A stretch of DNA of 63,130 nt, counting the filler, from Octopus bimaculoides (taxonomy: Eukaryota): the NCBI RefSeq assembly GCF_001194135.2. It is 4 parts of 3 records of this genome, joined end to end, with 100 filler letters (N's around TTAATTAATTAA, not from the genome) between each part and the next. Parts side by side here need not be neighbours in the genome. Positions count along the whole stretch, not along the records: positions 1 to 15,283 come from NC_068984.1; 3 more parts are not named here. One strand, written 5' to 3'. Below the pieces are notes generated by a model. That model had not been told where the DNA came from. It saw nothing but the letters and a program-made list of their open reading frames with translations, and made no database searches. Below, piece by piece: positions 1 to 12,538 of this stretch (the first letter of the stretch is position 1; the number at the start of each line of letters is the position of its first letter). A program made the translations under genes and the position numbers.

Positions 1-59
1 TATATATATATATATTTATATATACAAATACATATGACTGGATTCCACACTATTTCCAT

Positions 60-190
60 TGACCAGATTCATTCAAAAAGCATTGGTTGGATCAGGGCTG
101 TTGTAGAAGACACTTGTATAAGGTACTGCTCAGCAGGACTGATCCCAGAACCTTACAGTTTCTAAGCAAGCTTCTTAACCATGAAACAAG
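60..190 (-). mobile_element. tRNA-derived SINE family A, decayed fragment
   Basis: gtagaagacacttgtataaggtactgctcagcaggactgatcccagaacc matches the reverse complement of the family-A head (compare 14477 and 31955). Confidence 0.7.
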
Positions 191-1405
191 GTGGATTTAT
201 ATAGATTTATGTGGATTATTATCTTTATCTCCATTGCTAGAGTCACGCTTTTCTAACCACTGTTGTCTTCCAGGAGTGTAGCATAGTGAAATAAGCATTG
301 ATTAAATGTCAAGTATGAAATGCTGAAGTTTACCTGGTGGTCATAAGTTGCGACACTAGCTGAGTGAGATTTGCACTCTGGTTTAAACAGAACATAAAAG
401 TTTCATAACAAAAAGGAAAATTACTACTATGAGAATTTCCTGGACATGGACAATAGATTGAGAAAATGGCTTGAATGAAGAGTTTAGTTCAAAACTCTAA
501 GAATATTATTAAATATGACAAGCACTTACAGAAGGCTAGAGGGTACACCAACTAAANNNNNNNNNNNNNNNNNNNNNNNNNNNNNNNNNNNNNNNNNNNN
601 NNNNNNNNNNNNNNNNNNNNNNNNNNNNNNNNNNNNNNNNNNNNNNNNNNNNNNNNNNNNNNNNNNNNNNNNNNNNNNNNNNNNNNNNNNNNNNNNNNNN
701 NNNNNNNNNNNNNNNNNNNNNNNNNNNNNNNNNNNNNNNNNNNNNNNNNNNNNNNNNNNNNNNNNNNNNNNNNNNNNNNNNNNNNNNNNNNNNNNNNNNN
801 NNNNNNNNNNNNNNNNNNNNNNNNNNNNNNNNNNNNNNNNNNNNNNNNNNNNNNNNNNNNNNNNNNNNNNNNNNNNNNNNNNNNNNNNNNNNNNNNNNNN
901 NNNNNNNNNNNNNNNNNNNNNNNNNNNNNNNNNNNNNNNNNNNNNNNNNNNNNNNNNNNNNNNNNNNNNNNNNNNNNNNNNNNNNNNNNNNNNNNNNNNN
1001 NNNNNNNNNNNNNNNNNNNNNNNNNNNNNNNNNNNNNNNNNNNNNNNNNNNNNNNNNNNNNNNNNNNNNNNNNNNNNNNNNNNNNNNNNNNNNNNNNNNN
1101 NNNNNNNNNNNNNNNNNNNNNNNNNNNNNNNNNNNNNNNNNNNNNNNNNNNNNNNNNNNNNNNNNNNNNNNNNNNNNNNNNNNNNNNNNNNNNNNNNNNN
1201 NNNNNNNNNNNNNNNNNNNNNNNNNNNNNNNNNNNNNNNNNNNNNNNNNNNNNNNNNNNNNNNNNNNNNNNNNNNNNNNNNNNNNNNNNNNNNNNNNNNN
1301 NNNNNNNNNNNNNNNNNNNNNNNNNNNNNNNNNNNNNNNNNNNNNNNNNNNNNNNNNNNNNNNNNNNNNNNNNNNNNNNNNNNNNNNNNNNNNNNNNNNN
1401 NNNNN

Positions 1406-1454
<49 letters not shown>

Positions 1455-2177
1455 CATATATATACTTACATATATATGCATATGTACACATGCATGCATA
1501 CACACATGCACACACACATGTATTCACACAGGCACACACACACATACATATATATAATTTTTGCAATTGTTGTGCAAGATTCCTGATATGAAATCATTCA
1601 TTGAAACATGTTGTTTATCTTGTCTCTATACATTCACTTGATTGTTGGAGACTAGAGAAGCAAAATATCCTTCATGCTATACCTTGAATTCTTAAATGAG
1701 AAACTACACATTGGAAAATATTATGCATGACAATTAAAAAGACTTGATGGCCATGGCTGTAATGCCTTTGATCATAAATTTGATCATAAATTTATTCAGT
1801 CTGGATTAACCCAGGATTAATCAATAAGAACTAGAAAATTGAACATTAAGATTTTTCAAAGCTTCATTCTTATTCAATGAAACAATCACTATTATAGAAT
1901 AGCAACTTATGTTAAAACATCATTATAACATATTGTTATACAAGGAATCTTCAATGCATTTGATTGATCTGGTAAATATTGCAATGAAATCTTTCTCAAA
2001 TCATGAACCGAAATCTAAAGAACAACATTGTGATATCATTTTTTTAGACACACTGCATACAACATGCCCTTCATGCATACTGAGAAACACATTTTTGATC
2101 AACTTATACAAAGGCTGTTCTATTTTTGCATCTATACTTTTACTACATATTATAGTGACGACTTTTAATACTACTAT

Positions 2178-2400
2178 CATCATCATCATCATCATCATCA
2201 TTGCTTAATGTCCATTTTTCATGCTAGTATGGGTACGATGGTTTGGTAGTAGCTGGCCAGCCAGAGAACTGTCCAGACTACAATTGTCTGTTTTGGCATG
2301 ATTTCTATGAGTGGATGCCCTTTCCAAATGCCAACCACTTTACAAAATGTGCTGGGTATTTTTTTACGTGCTACAGGATGAGAGCATTTTATGTGACACC
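2178..2400 (-). mobile_element. RTE-type LINE 3' tail ending in (GAT)n
   Basis: (CAT)n followed by gcttaatgtccatttttcatgctag...ggatgccctttccaaatgccaacc; same tail seen on the + strand at 9225-9455 and 18905-19050. Confidence 0.6.
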
Positions 2401-2472
2401 GACATGAGTGCATATACCATGCTGCCCTGGCACAAGTGCAGCATGAAATAAAATAATAATTCTTTCCAATGT

Positions 2473-3416
2473 TGGCCCAAGGTCAGCAATTTTGAAAGGA
2501 GGGGATAAATTGGTTACTTTGGTGCCAGAGCTTGACTAGTTCTTTGTTATATCGACCTCCAGGAGGGTGAAAGACAAATTCAATTTTAGTGAGATTTGAA
2601 CTTGAAACGTAAACAACTGATTCTGCCAGCTCACCAACTCAGTGATAATAATAATGATAATAGTAATAATGGTTTCAAATTTTGCCACAAGGGCAGCAAT
2701 TCTGGGGAGGGGATGAGTTGATTTCATTGACCCCAGTATTCAATCCGCACTTGTTTTATCGGCCCCGAAAGGATGAGAGGCAAAGTCAACCTCAGTGCAG
2801 CCAAATATATCGTTTTCTACTCTAGGCACAAGGCCCTGAATTTTGGTGGAGGAGGCCAGTCAATTACATTGACCCCTGTATGCAACTGGTACTTAAGTTA
2901 TTTACCTTGAAAGGACGAAAGGCAAAGTTGACCTCAGCGGATTTTGAACTCAGAACATAAAAACAGATGAAATACTGCTAAGCAATTTGCCCGCTGTGCT
3001 AACCTTTCCTGCCAGCTCACTGCCTTCTTTTCTGCTCTAGGCATAAGGCCTGAAATTTTGGGGGAGTGGCGCCAGTCAATTAGATCTACCCCAGTACACA
3101 ACTGGTACTTAATTTATCGACCCTGCAAGGATGAAAGGCAAAGTTGATTTCAGTGCAATAAATAATAATAATCCTTTCTACAATAAGCACAAGGCCTGAT
3201 ATTTTGGGGAGAGGCTGAGTCAATCACATCGATCCCAGTGTGTAACTGGTATTTAATTTATCGACCCCGAAAAGATGAAAGGCAAAATCAACCTCAACGG
3301 AATTCGAACTAAGAATATAAAGATAGATGAAATGCCACTAAGCATTTTGCCCAGCATGCTGATGGTTCTGCCAGCTCTCCACCTAATAATAATAATAATA
3401 ATAATAATACTACTAC

Positions 3417-3447
<31 letters not shown>

Positions 3448-3455
3448 ACTACTAC

Positions 3456-3494
<39 letters not shown>

Positions 3495-3941
3495 CAATAA
3501 TAATAACAAGAGCACTCAGAGAGTGCAAACCTCCACCAAGGCAACACCAACGTCCTCTCAACGATTAGCCAGTGATGATTAGTGGATGAAAGGCAAAGTA
3601 AGCCTTGACAGCATTCGAACTCTGTGTACAGCTAAGTATTTTGCTTTGCACAGTAACAATTCTGCCAGTTCACCACCTCGATAATAATAACAACAACAAC
3701 AACAACAACAATAATAATGATGATGATGATGCTTTCAAATTTAGGCATAAGGCCAGCAATTTCAAGGGTAGAAGTAAGTCGATTAGATCAACCAGTGTTT
3801 TCAACTGGTACTTATTTTATTGGCCCTGAAAGGATGAAAAGTAAAGTCGACCTTGGCAGAATTTCAGCTTAGAATGCAAAGGACAAAATGCCACTATGTA
3901 TTTTGTTCAGCATGCTACTGATTCTGCCGGCTCACCAACTC
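2473..3941 (-). mobile_element. Head-to-tail cluster of about 7 tRNA-derived SINE family B copies/fragments separated by (AAT)n
   Basis: Repeated cacaaggcc...tatcgaccccgaaaggatgaaaggcaaagtcgacctc...gaactcagaac...ctgccagctc units at about 2473, 2673, 2812, 3028, 3172, 3580 and 3733. Confidence 0.85.
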
Positions 3942-6854
3942 AATAATAATAAAAATAAAAATAATAATAATAAATTGAATATATTTACTTTGTTGCTCAA
4001 CTCAGTTCTTTAGAGAATTCATTATAAGAACACTAGCAGTTAGGACTAGTGAAAAATGATTTCCAAAAATTTTTAAATAGATTTAAACAGATTCTATGAT
4101 TTTTTTTCTCTCCAAAAGTCAACTTTCAATTTTTTAAATTTGCAATATTAGCAATAAATGTTGGGAAAAATAAGAAAATGTTGTGAAGAAACTTTGAAGG
4201 TTATAAAAATAAATCTCTGAAAATTAAATTACTCATATATATATATATATATTTATTTTTTAAAAATGAACATTCTTGTTTGTACATGAGATTGTGTTTT
4301 TAACATGCTCATATACATAAGCAATTTTGTTTACATAAATACAAGCTATTCAATGTCTTAGCAAATGAATAAGTAATAAATACCAGATTATCAAAACTAT
4401 ATATTGGAATTCTTTCATGAAATGCAGTATCTGAGACAATTTTATGTTAAGTATAACTAATAACCAAAACGATAACAAAGCAGAAAATATTTCTAACATC
4501 CTTATCATTTTTCATTGTTTCATGCTTATTCATGTATGATTTCATATTCAACCAGAATAACAATGTTGATGTATAGAAAGTGTATTACCAATCTAGTTAC
4601 ATCTAATATATTCATTATGCATTTATAGACTTACACATGCTTCTTCCTTTCGCATTTTTGTTCATTTAGAAAAGATGGAGTTATTAATGAGACATTCTAA
4701 ATGATAAAAATAGCATCTGTTTCACTGCTATGTAATAGCATTGTTAATACCCATACCCACTGTACAATTTCTGAATAATATTCATATCATTACCATTCCT
4801 TAATGTAAAGCTATTCCTGAACAGCATTATTAATGTTTGGCTTACAATTGTGGAAACAGTTAGAGACTCGGAATTCTCATATCGTTATGCTGCAAACATT
4901 GTTCAGCATTCTTGCAGAAAAATACTGAAATCAATGTTGTATTTAAGAAATGATAATTATGGTCATTACAGCAATATTCCCCTGACAATTTAGTTGTGGA
5001 AAATTTTACAAAGAAGATATTAATTAAAATTCATGGGGAAACTATCTTTGAGATGTCACGTGAATTTCTGTGCATATCAACAACAACAACAGAAAGAAAG
5101 AAAGAAAGAAAAAGTTGATCATCTAAGAAAAAATGAAGTGAAAAGAAAATATTAATGAATGGAAATTTGAAGGATTTTGTAATTATAAAATTCTAATAAA
5201 CACGACTGGAAATGGAATTTATTGTAAATCTCAGTGCTGTTGTTGAAGTTTGTACAATTTTATAAAACCTCATGCATCAAAGTGTACAAAACACTCTTTA
5301 CAGTCGCCTAGAACTAGAAAACTTATAAGAATACAAATTCCCAGAAAATATAATACTAAGAAAGATATTAACGTTGTTCTCATAATAATCAAATCTGAGT
5401 TGAATGTAATTAAAAAAAAAGAAGTTTTATCATAAATACTTTCTTGATCTTATACTCCCATAGCTCAAGTTATATTTCGGTTTCTTTTCACCATCTTTCA
5501 TTGTGCAAATAAGCATAGATATTAATCTAAACACCTTACCACATAGTCAATAATTACAAATAATATCTTTTCCCTGTAGCATTCAGTTTTCCTGTTTGGA
5601 ATCCATTTAATACAATACTATAAATCCAACATCTAGAGATTATTTTCTACTTATATTAGCTCTTCTGTTTTCCTTTTATCTTGCCCCTCTCCCCACATTT
5701 TTTTTATCTGATTGAAATCCTCCCTTTTGGACATATAAAATAACATAATAGAAAAAACATATTTATTTAAGAATTACATGTGTGATTTCTCAACATTGAT
5801 AATAGCAGAAATATATGTGTGTGTGTATATATATTCATATTTATAAATGCAAATATATACATATGTATATATATGTGTGTGTGTGTTGTACATATATGTG
5901 CATATGTGCGCAAATATCATATGCATATATCTATATATATATATATTTGGGGAAAAAAGACTGAGAGAGAGAGATTGAAGAGAAAACAAAATATTACTAT
6001 TCATATCTGTGCTTTGATAAGGGAAAAGACTTGCATAAGTTATTGAATGCTGTGCAGCTGGAATAATCTTTTCTGCGCCTTTCTGGATTTAATTTCTGTA
6101 CGACGTGCACATAAACATGCATTCACACACACACACCCCTCCCCTACGCACACACACATTCATACTCATATTCCATCATAACCAGTGCATTAGGTAATTA
6201 TCTTCACAGAAAAAAAAAATACAGAAAGAACACATGAAAGCAACCAATGCTATACAAAGCCACCCCTCTACAAATAAACAAAAAGAAAAAACAAACAAAA
6301 AAGATGAAAAATCCTCTGATAAATGTGGTATGCTTTATAATAGCTACTTTAGTATCATACCACTCTGAGTTCCATTCCATTTAGCGCCAACCATTCTCTT
6401 TCCTCATTTCTAATTTATTTCACCAGCCATTTTTCCAATCTTGGCAAGAAAAAAAAACTATCTTTTTGATAATGGTGGTCTCTCGAGTCCGAGAAAGACA
6501 GTTCTGCAATTTCTTGTTGAATAACCTGCATGGATGATTTGCTTATAGCAAGCAAATGTTTGTGCTGCACATTAGCTCACTTCCGCCATCAAACTGGCAT
6601 TGAATGTACAGGCGCATGGTATGCCACATGTCACATGTTGAAATGATCACAGAGCTACATGAGATGAAGCTAGGAATTGAAACTATGACCTTGCTATTGT
6701 GTGTGCTGCACCCTAATAATTAGGTCATGTACCCTCACAATCTGCTTCATAACAACCTGCCTGTAACCACCAGTGCTCATAATTAAATGAAGCATCTTCA
6801 GTTATACATTTACGTAAGAAAATGTTATTTTCCAAATGCAAAAATAATAATAAT

Positions 6855-7460
6855 TTCTGATATAGGCAAAGGGCCTGAAGTTTTGAGAGAAGGGTCCCGT
6901 TGATTACATCAACCCCAGTGTTGAACTGGTACTTATTTTATCAACCTAGAAAGGTCAAAATGCAAAGTTGACCTCAGCTAAATTGGAGCTCAGAATGTAA
7001 AGAGTTAAAAGGGATACGGCTAAGCATTTTGTCTAGCAAGCTAACAATTCTGACAGCTTGTCACCTTGAAAATAACGATAATCATTTCTTCTAAAAGCAC
7101 AAGGCTTAATTTACCAACTCCAAAAGGATGAAAGGATGGAAGTGGAATAATGATAATAATAATAATAATAATAATAATCTTTTCTGCTATAAGCACTAGG
7201 CCTGAAATTTTTTTTTGGGGGGGGGGAGGAAGTCGATCACATTGACCCTAGTATTTGACTGGTATTTATCAATCCCGAAAGGACGGACAAAATGCTGCTA
7301 AGCATTTTGCCTGGCATGCTAATGATCCTGCCAAATGATGATAATTTAGGAACAAGGTCAAGAATTTGAGGATAGGAGTTAGTTGATTAAACGAATCTTA
7401 TTTTTTGACTCTCCATTTATTTCATCAACACCAAAAGAATGAATGGCAAAGCTGGTCTTG
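6855..7460 (-). mobile_element. Second cluster of SINE family B copies
   Basis: Same family-B motifs (caaccccagtgttgaactggtacttattttatc, gcaaagttgacctcagc) repeated 3-4 times around (AAT)n at 7150-7177. Confidence 0.75.
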
Positions 7461-7904
7461 GCAGGATTTAAATAATTTGGAACAGTTTGATAATTGCAGT
7501 TATTTTACTAAATCACCACCCACCCCACCGCCACCCCACTCCATTTTTTTTTTTAATTTTCAGAATTAATTGAGACCATCTCACAACTACATGGTTTTGG
7601 GATCAATCTTATTGCATGGCACCTTTGTCAGATAGCTCAAAACAGGCTTGATCCTGCAGTTTTCTTTTCAAAGATATTTCATCCCCAACTTGGACTACAT
7701 TATCTAATCTGTTCTTTCCCTTTACCAAAAATGAGAGGGTGTGATTTTAATGTGATTTGGGTGCTATTTCTAGATGGTTGAGTAACTACACAGAGATACC
7801 TACATTGGCTTGATTTAAAATAGGGGTAAACAATAGTTCTTCTTCATAAAGAATTTGTCTACTTATTCTTGTGTAACTTAAGTTTAACCTCAGTTAAATC
7901 TTTT

Positions 7905-8322
7905 CTACTCTAGGCACAATGCCCGAGATTTTGAGGGAGGGGTCCAGTTGATTAGATCAACCCCAGTACACAACTGGAACTTCATTTATCTCTCCCGAAA
8001 AGATGAAAGGCAAAATTGACTTCGGTAGAATTTCAGCTCTGAACATATAGACAGACAAGATACCGTTAAACATTTAGCCCGGCATGCTAACATTTCTGCC
8101 AGCTCAGTGCCTTTGGGAGAAAAATATTCTTTTCTACTTTGGGCACAAGGCCCCACAGTCTTGGGGAGGGGGCTAGTCGACTGGTACTTAATTTATCACT
8201 CCTGAAAGGATGAAAGGCAAAGTCGACCTCAGCAGAATTTGAACTCAGAACATAAAGACAGACGAAATGCTAAGCATTTCACCCGGCATGCTAACATTTC
8301 TTCCAGCTCGCTGCCTTTTAAC
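7905..8322 (-). mobile_element. Two tandem SINE family B copies
   Basis: Two units starting ttttctactctaggcac / ttttctactttgggcac and ending ctgccagctcagtgcc / ttccagctcgctgcc. Confidence 0.85.
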
Positions 8323-8499
8323 CTCAATGGAATCGAGTGATAAATCAAAAGAATAGCAGTCTTAACCAACCTATTTTGTTTTTGAGACAATAAATGTAGG
8401 ACTGCATTTTCTATTTACCTTCCTGTTCTATGACAGCAAAGTGGGATTTGAGGAAATTTGGTTGCTACTTCAACTGAGTTGAATTATCATACAGGAATG

Positions 8500-8640
8500 G
8501 ATGTGACTGTGTGGTATGAAGTTAGTTTTCCAGCCACGTAGTTCTGAGTTTAGTCTTACTGTATGTTATTTTTGGCAAGTGCCTTCTTTTATAGCCCTGT
8601 GAGTGGATCTTGGAGACAAACTGAAAGAAGCATATTGTGT
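8500..8640 (+). mobile_element. SINE family A running into (GT)n
   Basis: gtgactgtgtggtatgaag...ttctgagtttagtcttactg...ggcaagtgccttc...ctgaaagaagc then (GT)n. Confidence 0.7.
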
Positions 8641-8648
8641 ATGTATAA

Positions 8649-8652
<4 letters not shown>

Positions 8653-8740
<88 letters not shown>
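8653..8740. repeat. (GT)n microsatellite
   Basis: About 44 GT units, read directly. Confidence 0.95.
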
Positions 8741-8741
<1 letters not shown>

Positions 8742-8743
<2 letters not shown>

Positions 8744-9051
8744 TATAATTAGGAGTTAGAAAAATTTTCTACCCTATATGCTGAGAAATAGATGCTAAAT
8801 TGTCTCACCACTCAAAGAAGTCACAAACACGTGTTGAATTCAAAGCAACAAGCTAACGGAATTTTTTAATAAAATAGGTAATTCTGTATTAGCCTAATTT
8901 CTGGGTTTGCCCAGAAGCTCTCCTGTCTTCAGCAGAACATGCTAATAGAAATAAATAAAAAATTTATATATACTCACAGGGGTAGTGAGATGATTTAGCG
9001 TCTATTTCTCAGCATATAGGCCAGAAAATCTTTCTATGCCCTTATTATAAT
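8742..9051. mobile_element. MITE with about 70-bp terminal inverted repeats and putative TA target duplication
   Basis: cctatatgctgagaaataga (8773-8792) is the exact reverse complement of 9001-9020; similarity extends to both ends; TA at 8740-41 and 9052-53. Confidence 0.8.
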
Positions 9052-9224
9052 TATACATATAATTTTCACCTTAATTGGTTTCATTTTATATGCTGGCCAC
9101 TGATATTTTTTTTTTAAGCTTTATCCTCTAGTATTGTGTATATATATATATATATATAAATAAATACCATCATCCTTTAATGTTCATTTTCCATGCTGAC
9201 ATGTGTGTGTGTGTGTGTGTGTGT

Positions 9225-9455
9225 CCTTGCAATGAAATCATGTTACTGTCATACAAAAAGTGTCTTGCATTTCCAATATTCTGCAAGACCATGTCTGATG
9301 ATGGAGAAATAGAACCTTGTTTGGAAACAGGTGAGAACTGACAACAGGAAGGGCATTTGACCATAGAAAATCTGCCTCATATACATTACATCTAACCCAT
9401 GGAAAAGTAGACATTAAACTGTTGAAGATGATGACGACGATGATGATGATGATGG
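9225..9455 (+). mobile_element. RTE-type LINE 3' tail with (GAT)n
   Basis: aggaagggcatttgaccatagaaaatctgcctc...catggaaaagtagacattaaact followed by (GAT)n. Confidence 0.6.
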
Positions 9456-11119
9456 TGATTTCTTGACTCAAATTTTCCTTGTTATTTTATGGTTCTGTAT
9501 TTAGTTTGACTGCTTGACTTGTACCATTGCATGATATTTTTAGTCCCATGTAGTTTGGTGCAGCAAATTTCTTACATAAATGCTTATGAATTGTTAATGA
9601 CAGATATGTCAGTTCATCATTCAAGCTGCCATATAAATCTTCTTTAACTGTCACTGTAATAATTTCTTTTGACACTGAATCTCCTGATTATATTTTAACA
9701 ATAAGCAATGAACTTTACCACACACACATTTTTCTGAGTCATTTCAGCCCTTTAAGGATGTCCATGAAATAACATGCTGAAACCCTTTTCCCCTCTTTTT
9801 TTTTCTCCCCCCACCTCGCCACTTTTTTCTTCCCCCTTATCTCATAATAACCATTTCATTCAACTAACCTCTATCCATCCTATGTTTCCTCACTGCCTCT
9901 TACTGCTGACTTTTTGACTTCTGCAAAAACAACATTCACTCTACCAACCAGCCTCTCTCAGATCACATATCATTAATCCAAGCAATGCACTTTCCTTTTC
10001 TCCCCCTGACAACGGCATATGAAAGAAAAAAGAAATATGGTTTTCAAATAGTAAATCAAATATGGTAATTTGAAATATTTCAGCCTTTCAAAACATGGAA
10101 ATTTTTCTCAGATGATGAATAAGTCTGATTAAACCCTTTTGAACTCACATTTTCTACTCACCCATCTCCCTTCCAACCATGCCAACTCCTTTCTGTGCTC
10201 TTTTCCTCTTTAGCTTCAGATTATTTTTTTTTACTCCTAAGCATGAAAATTAAATTTTCAGTGAAATTAATTCATAAGTTCTTGAAATTATTTTCTCATT
10301 TCTTTGCAAGCCGTTAACAATTGCTGTAAGGTTTTTTGTTTCCTTATTCGAGCTACGAGCTAAATTTCAATTTATTGAAAATTTTCTCACCACCTTAAGC
10401 ATCTAAATTCATGCTATTGGTCTACTTCAGTTATTTCCCTTAGCTCACTACTGGCCTAAACAGTATGTGACTCTTCTTTAAAAAGTTCATCAACTTATTT
10501 AGATTACCGGAGAAAATTATGCCTCACTGATGAGATCTAATAAGGAAAAAACATGTCTTTAGCCTGCTGATGAGGATCAAAATTAAGGTAAAAATTAAAT
10601 TTACTGTGAAATTAATTCTTCAGTTCTTGAAATTATCTGCTATTTTCTTTGATAGATTCTAAGACCTTTTACTTTTTTCACCAACTAAGAGACACATTTC
10701 AATTAATTTAGAATTTTCTGCATAAATTATACAGTACATCACTATCTACTAGAATTATTTAAATACAGCCAGACCATTTTTTCTCTTTCCCAGATATATT
10801 GAAATATTTTCTTCGAAAATCTTTACTGAAGAATGCTACTCAAGTGTTGCAAGTGAGTTTCTATGAAAGAAAAACCAGAATTTATTCTTAAATAATCTTA
10901 CAATACACTCATGTATTGTACTGAAATATATGTGATATTTTATCAATACAAGAAGCTTACAGCTGACTAAATATTTTAAATACTGATAGAATTTAAACTG
11001 ATTCAGAAAAATATACAAACAATTTGTTCTTCATGACTGGTTCTTTGACTTTATAAATATTTTGAAGGATAAACATTTGAAAAATGGGGAGAAAAAAGAA
11101 AGAAAATAAAAACAAATAA

Positions 11120-11175
<56 letters not shown>

Positions 11176-12015
11176 TATACACAGACACATACACACCCAC
11201 ATACTCACACACACACACATATATATATATACACACATGTATGTTTATACATAAATAAATATATGAATATGTATATATGTGTACAAAAATATACATATAC
11301 ATTTATATATATGTATGTACGTATGTATGTATGTGTACAGGTACACATCATCTATAGAGATTTTAGCTTCTAATATTAATGAAAAACTGAAACTAGAGCT
11401 TACATGATTTGTTAAATGCAGTAAAAAAGAAATAGCAAAATAAATAAATAAATAATTAAATAAATAAAACCTACATTCAAAAGTTGAATAATTTAAGTCT
11501 GTTCATTAAATGTTTCACATTAAAGCATCATTCATGTTGAATTTTCCCATTCATCTTAACAATTCATAATTAACTTAGAAAATAAAGAGATAAATATAAA
11601 TATATTGCATTGAAAATATTAATCAAATACTGAAAATTCAAATGTGATTACATAAATAGCAACATTTTTCAAAAATGATATTGAAATATAATAAATAGGT
11701 TAAATATTAAAAGACACTCACTGGGAAAATTCTGAATTGTTTTAATAACTAATATATTTATGAAATGGTTATATATTTATATATTTATGGAGTATGAAAA
11801 CACTGTATTTCACATCAGAGTAAGAATACAGAAATCTCAAGGGTTAACAGAGGATTTTTCATCAGTCTCTACGATGAACATTTGCTTGTTTGACCATACT
11901 GAGTTGCTTGCTAGCTTGTGAAATTAGTGCAAAAATGGTTGGAGTATTAAACAAGTATGAGTACCATTCATTCCAATCTAAGGTCGAATCAGTGGACAAA
12001 ATTCTATGGTTTTAA

Positions 12016-12538
12016 CCCTTTAGCATTTAGATTGGTCATATCTGACCCAAACAGTCAGCCTGTTTTATAATCAAACTGACTAGATCCGGCCTCCCACACC
12101 AAATCCGGCCTCTCATGCCAGATTCGGCCTCTCACACCAGATCTGGCCTCTCATTTCAGATCTAGCCTCTCATGCCAGATCTGGTTTCTCATGCCAAATC
12201 CAGCCTCTCACACCAGATCCAGCCTCGCATACCAGATCCGGCCTCTCACATCTGATCTGGCCTCTCATACCAGATTCAGCCTCTCACACCAATGATTAAA
12301 CAAGAAACTTATGAGGTGCTTTGAACAAACGAAGAGACCTTAACCCTTTAACCAAAATATTCTACCTATATTATGTTCAAACTAGCCAGATCTGGCCTTT
12401 CACACCTAGCCTGTATTGTCATTCTAAAAATAAACTATCACATCATCAAAATCTTGAGGCTACAAGACATTGTAAGATTCATTTAAAGTTGGAATAAATA
12501 AGTATTACATTTGACAGAGTAATCTGAATGATAAGGGG
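12016..12538. mobile_element. piggyBac-like MITE (TTAA-CCC...GGG), composite of two partial copies
   Basis: TTAA at 12012-15 then ccctttagcatt; ends aatctgaatgataagggg; internal restart ttaaccctt near 12340. Confidence 0.65.
12082..12290 (+). repeat. 19-bp minisatellite, 11 diverged copies, consensus AGATCCGGCCTCTCACACC
   Basis: Units start every 19 bp from 12082 to 12272 with no spacers. Confidence 0.95.

Noticed and set aside
515-1591. Long ORFs of 150-366 aa in the ORF track (also at 22.4, 23.6, 25.7, 27.6, 35.3, 43.5, 46.5, 57.3 and 59.7 kb)
   Set aside because: They are open only because they run through N-gaps translated as X
3253-3568. Poly-Ile/Leu, YIYI, CVCV, HTHT and MYVC ORFs here and throughout the window
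   Set aside because: Translations of (AAT)n, (TA)n, (GT)n and (TATG)n microsatellites, with no coding signal
4635-4924. Two minus-strand segments with GTAAG donors (4635-4696 and 4846-4924)
   Set aside because: 4846-4924 has stops in all three frames; 4635-4696 is open in one frame but is too short and unrecognisable to support
10527-10560. CTGATGA...GGAAAAAACATGTC hammerhead-like motif
   Set aside because: No credible stem I or stem II and extra adenines in the GAAA segment; at most a relic
12082-12290. Regular short repeats suggesting a CRISPR array
   Set aside because: Units are contiguous with no unique spacers, there are no cas genes, and the context is eukaryotic
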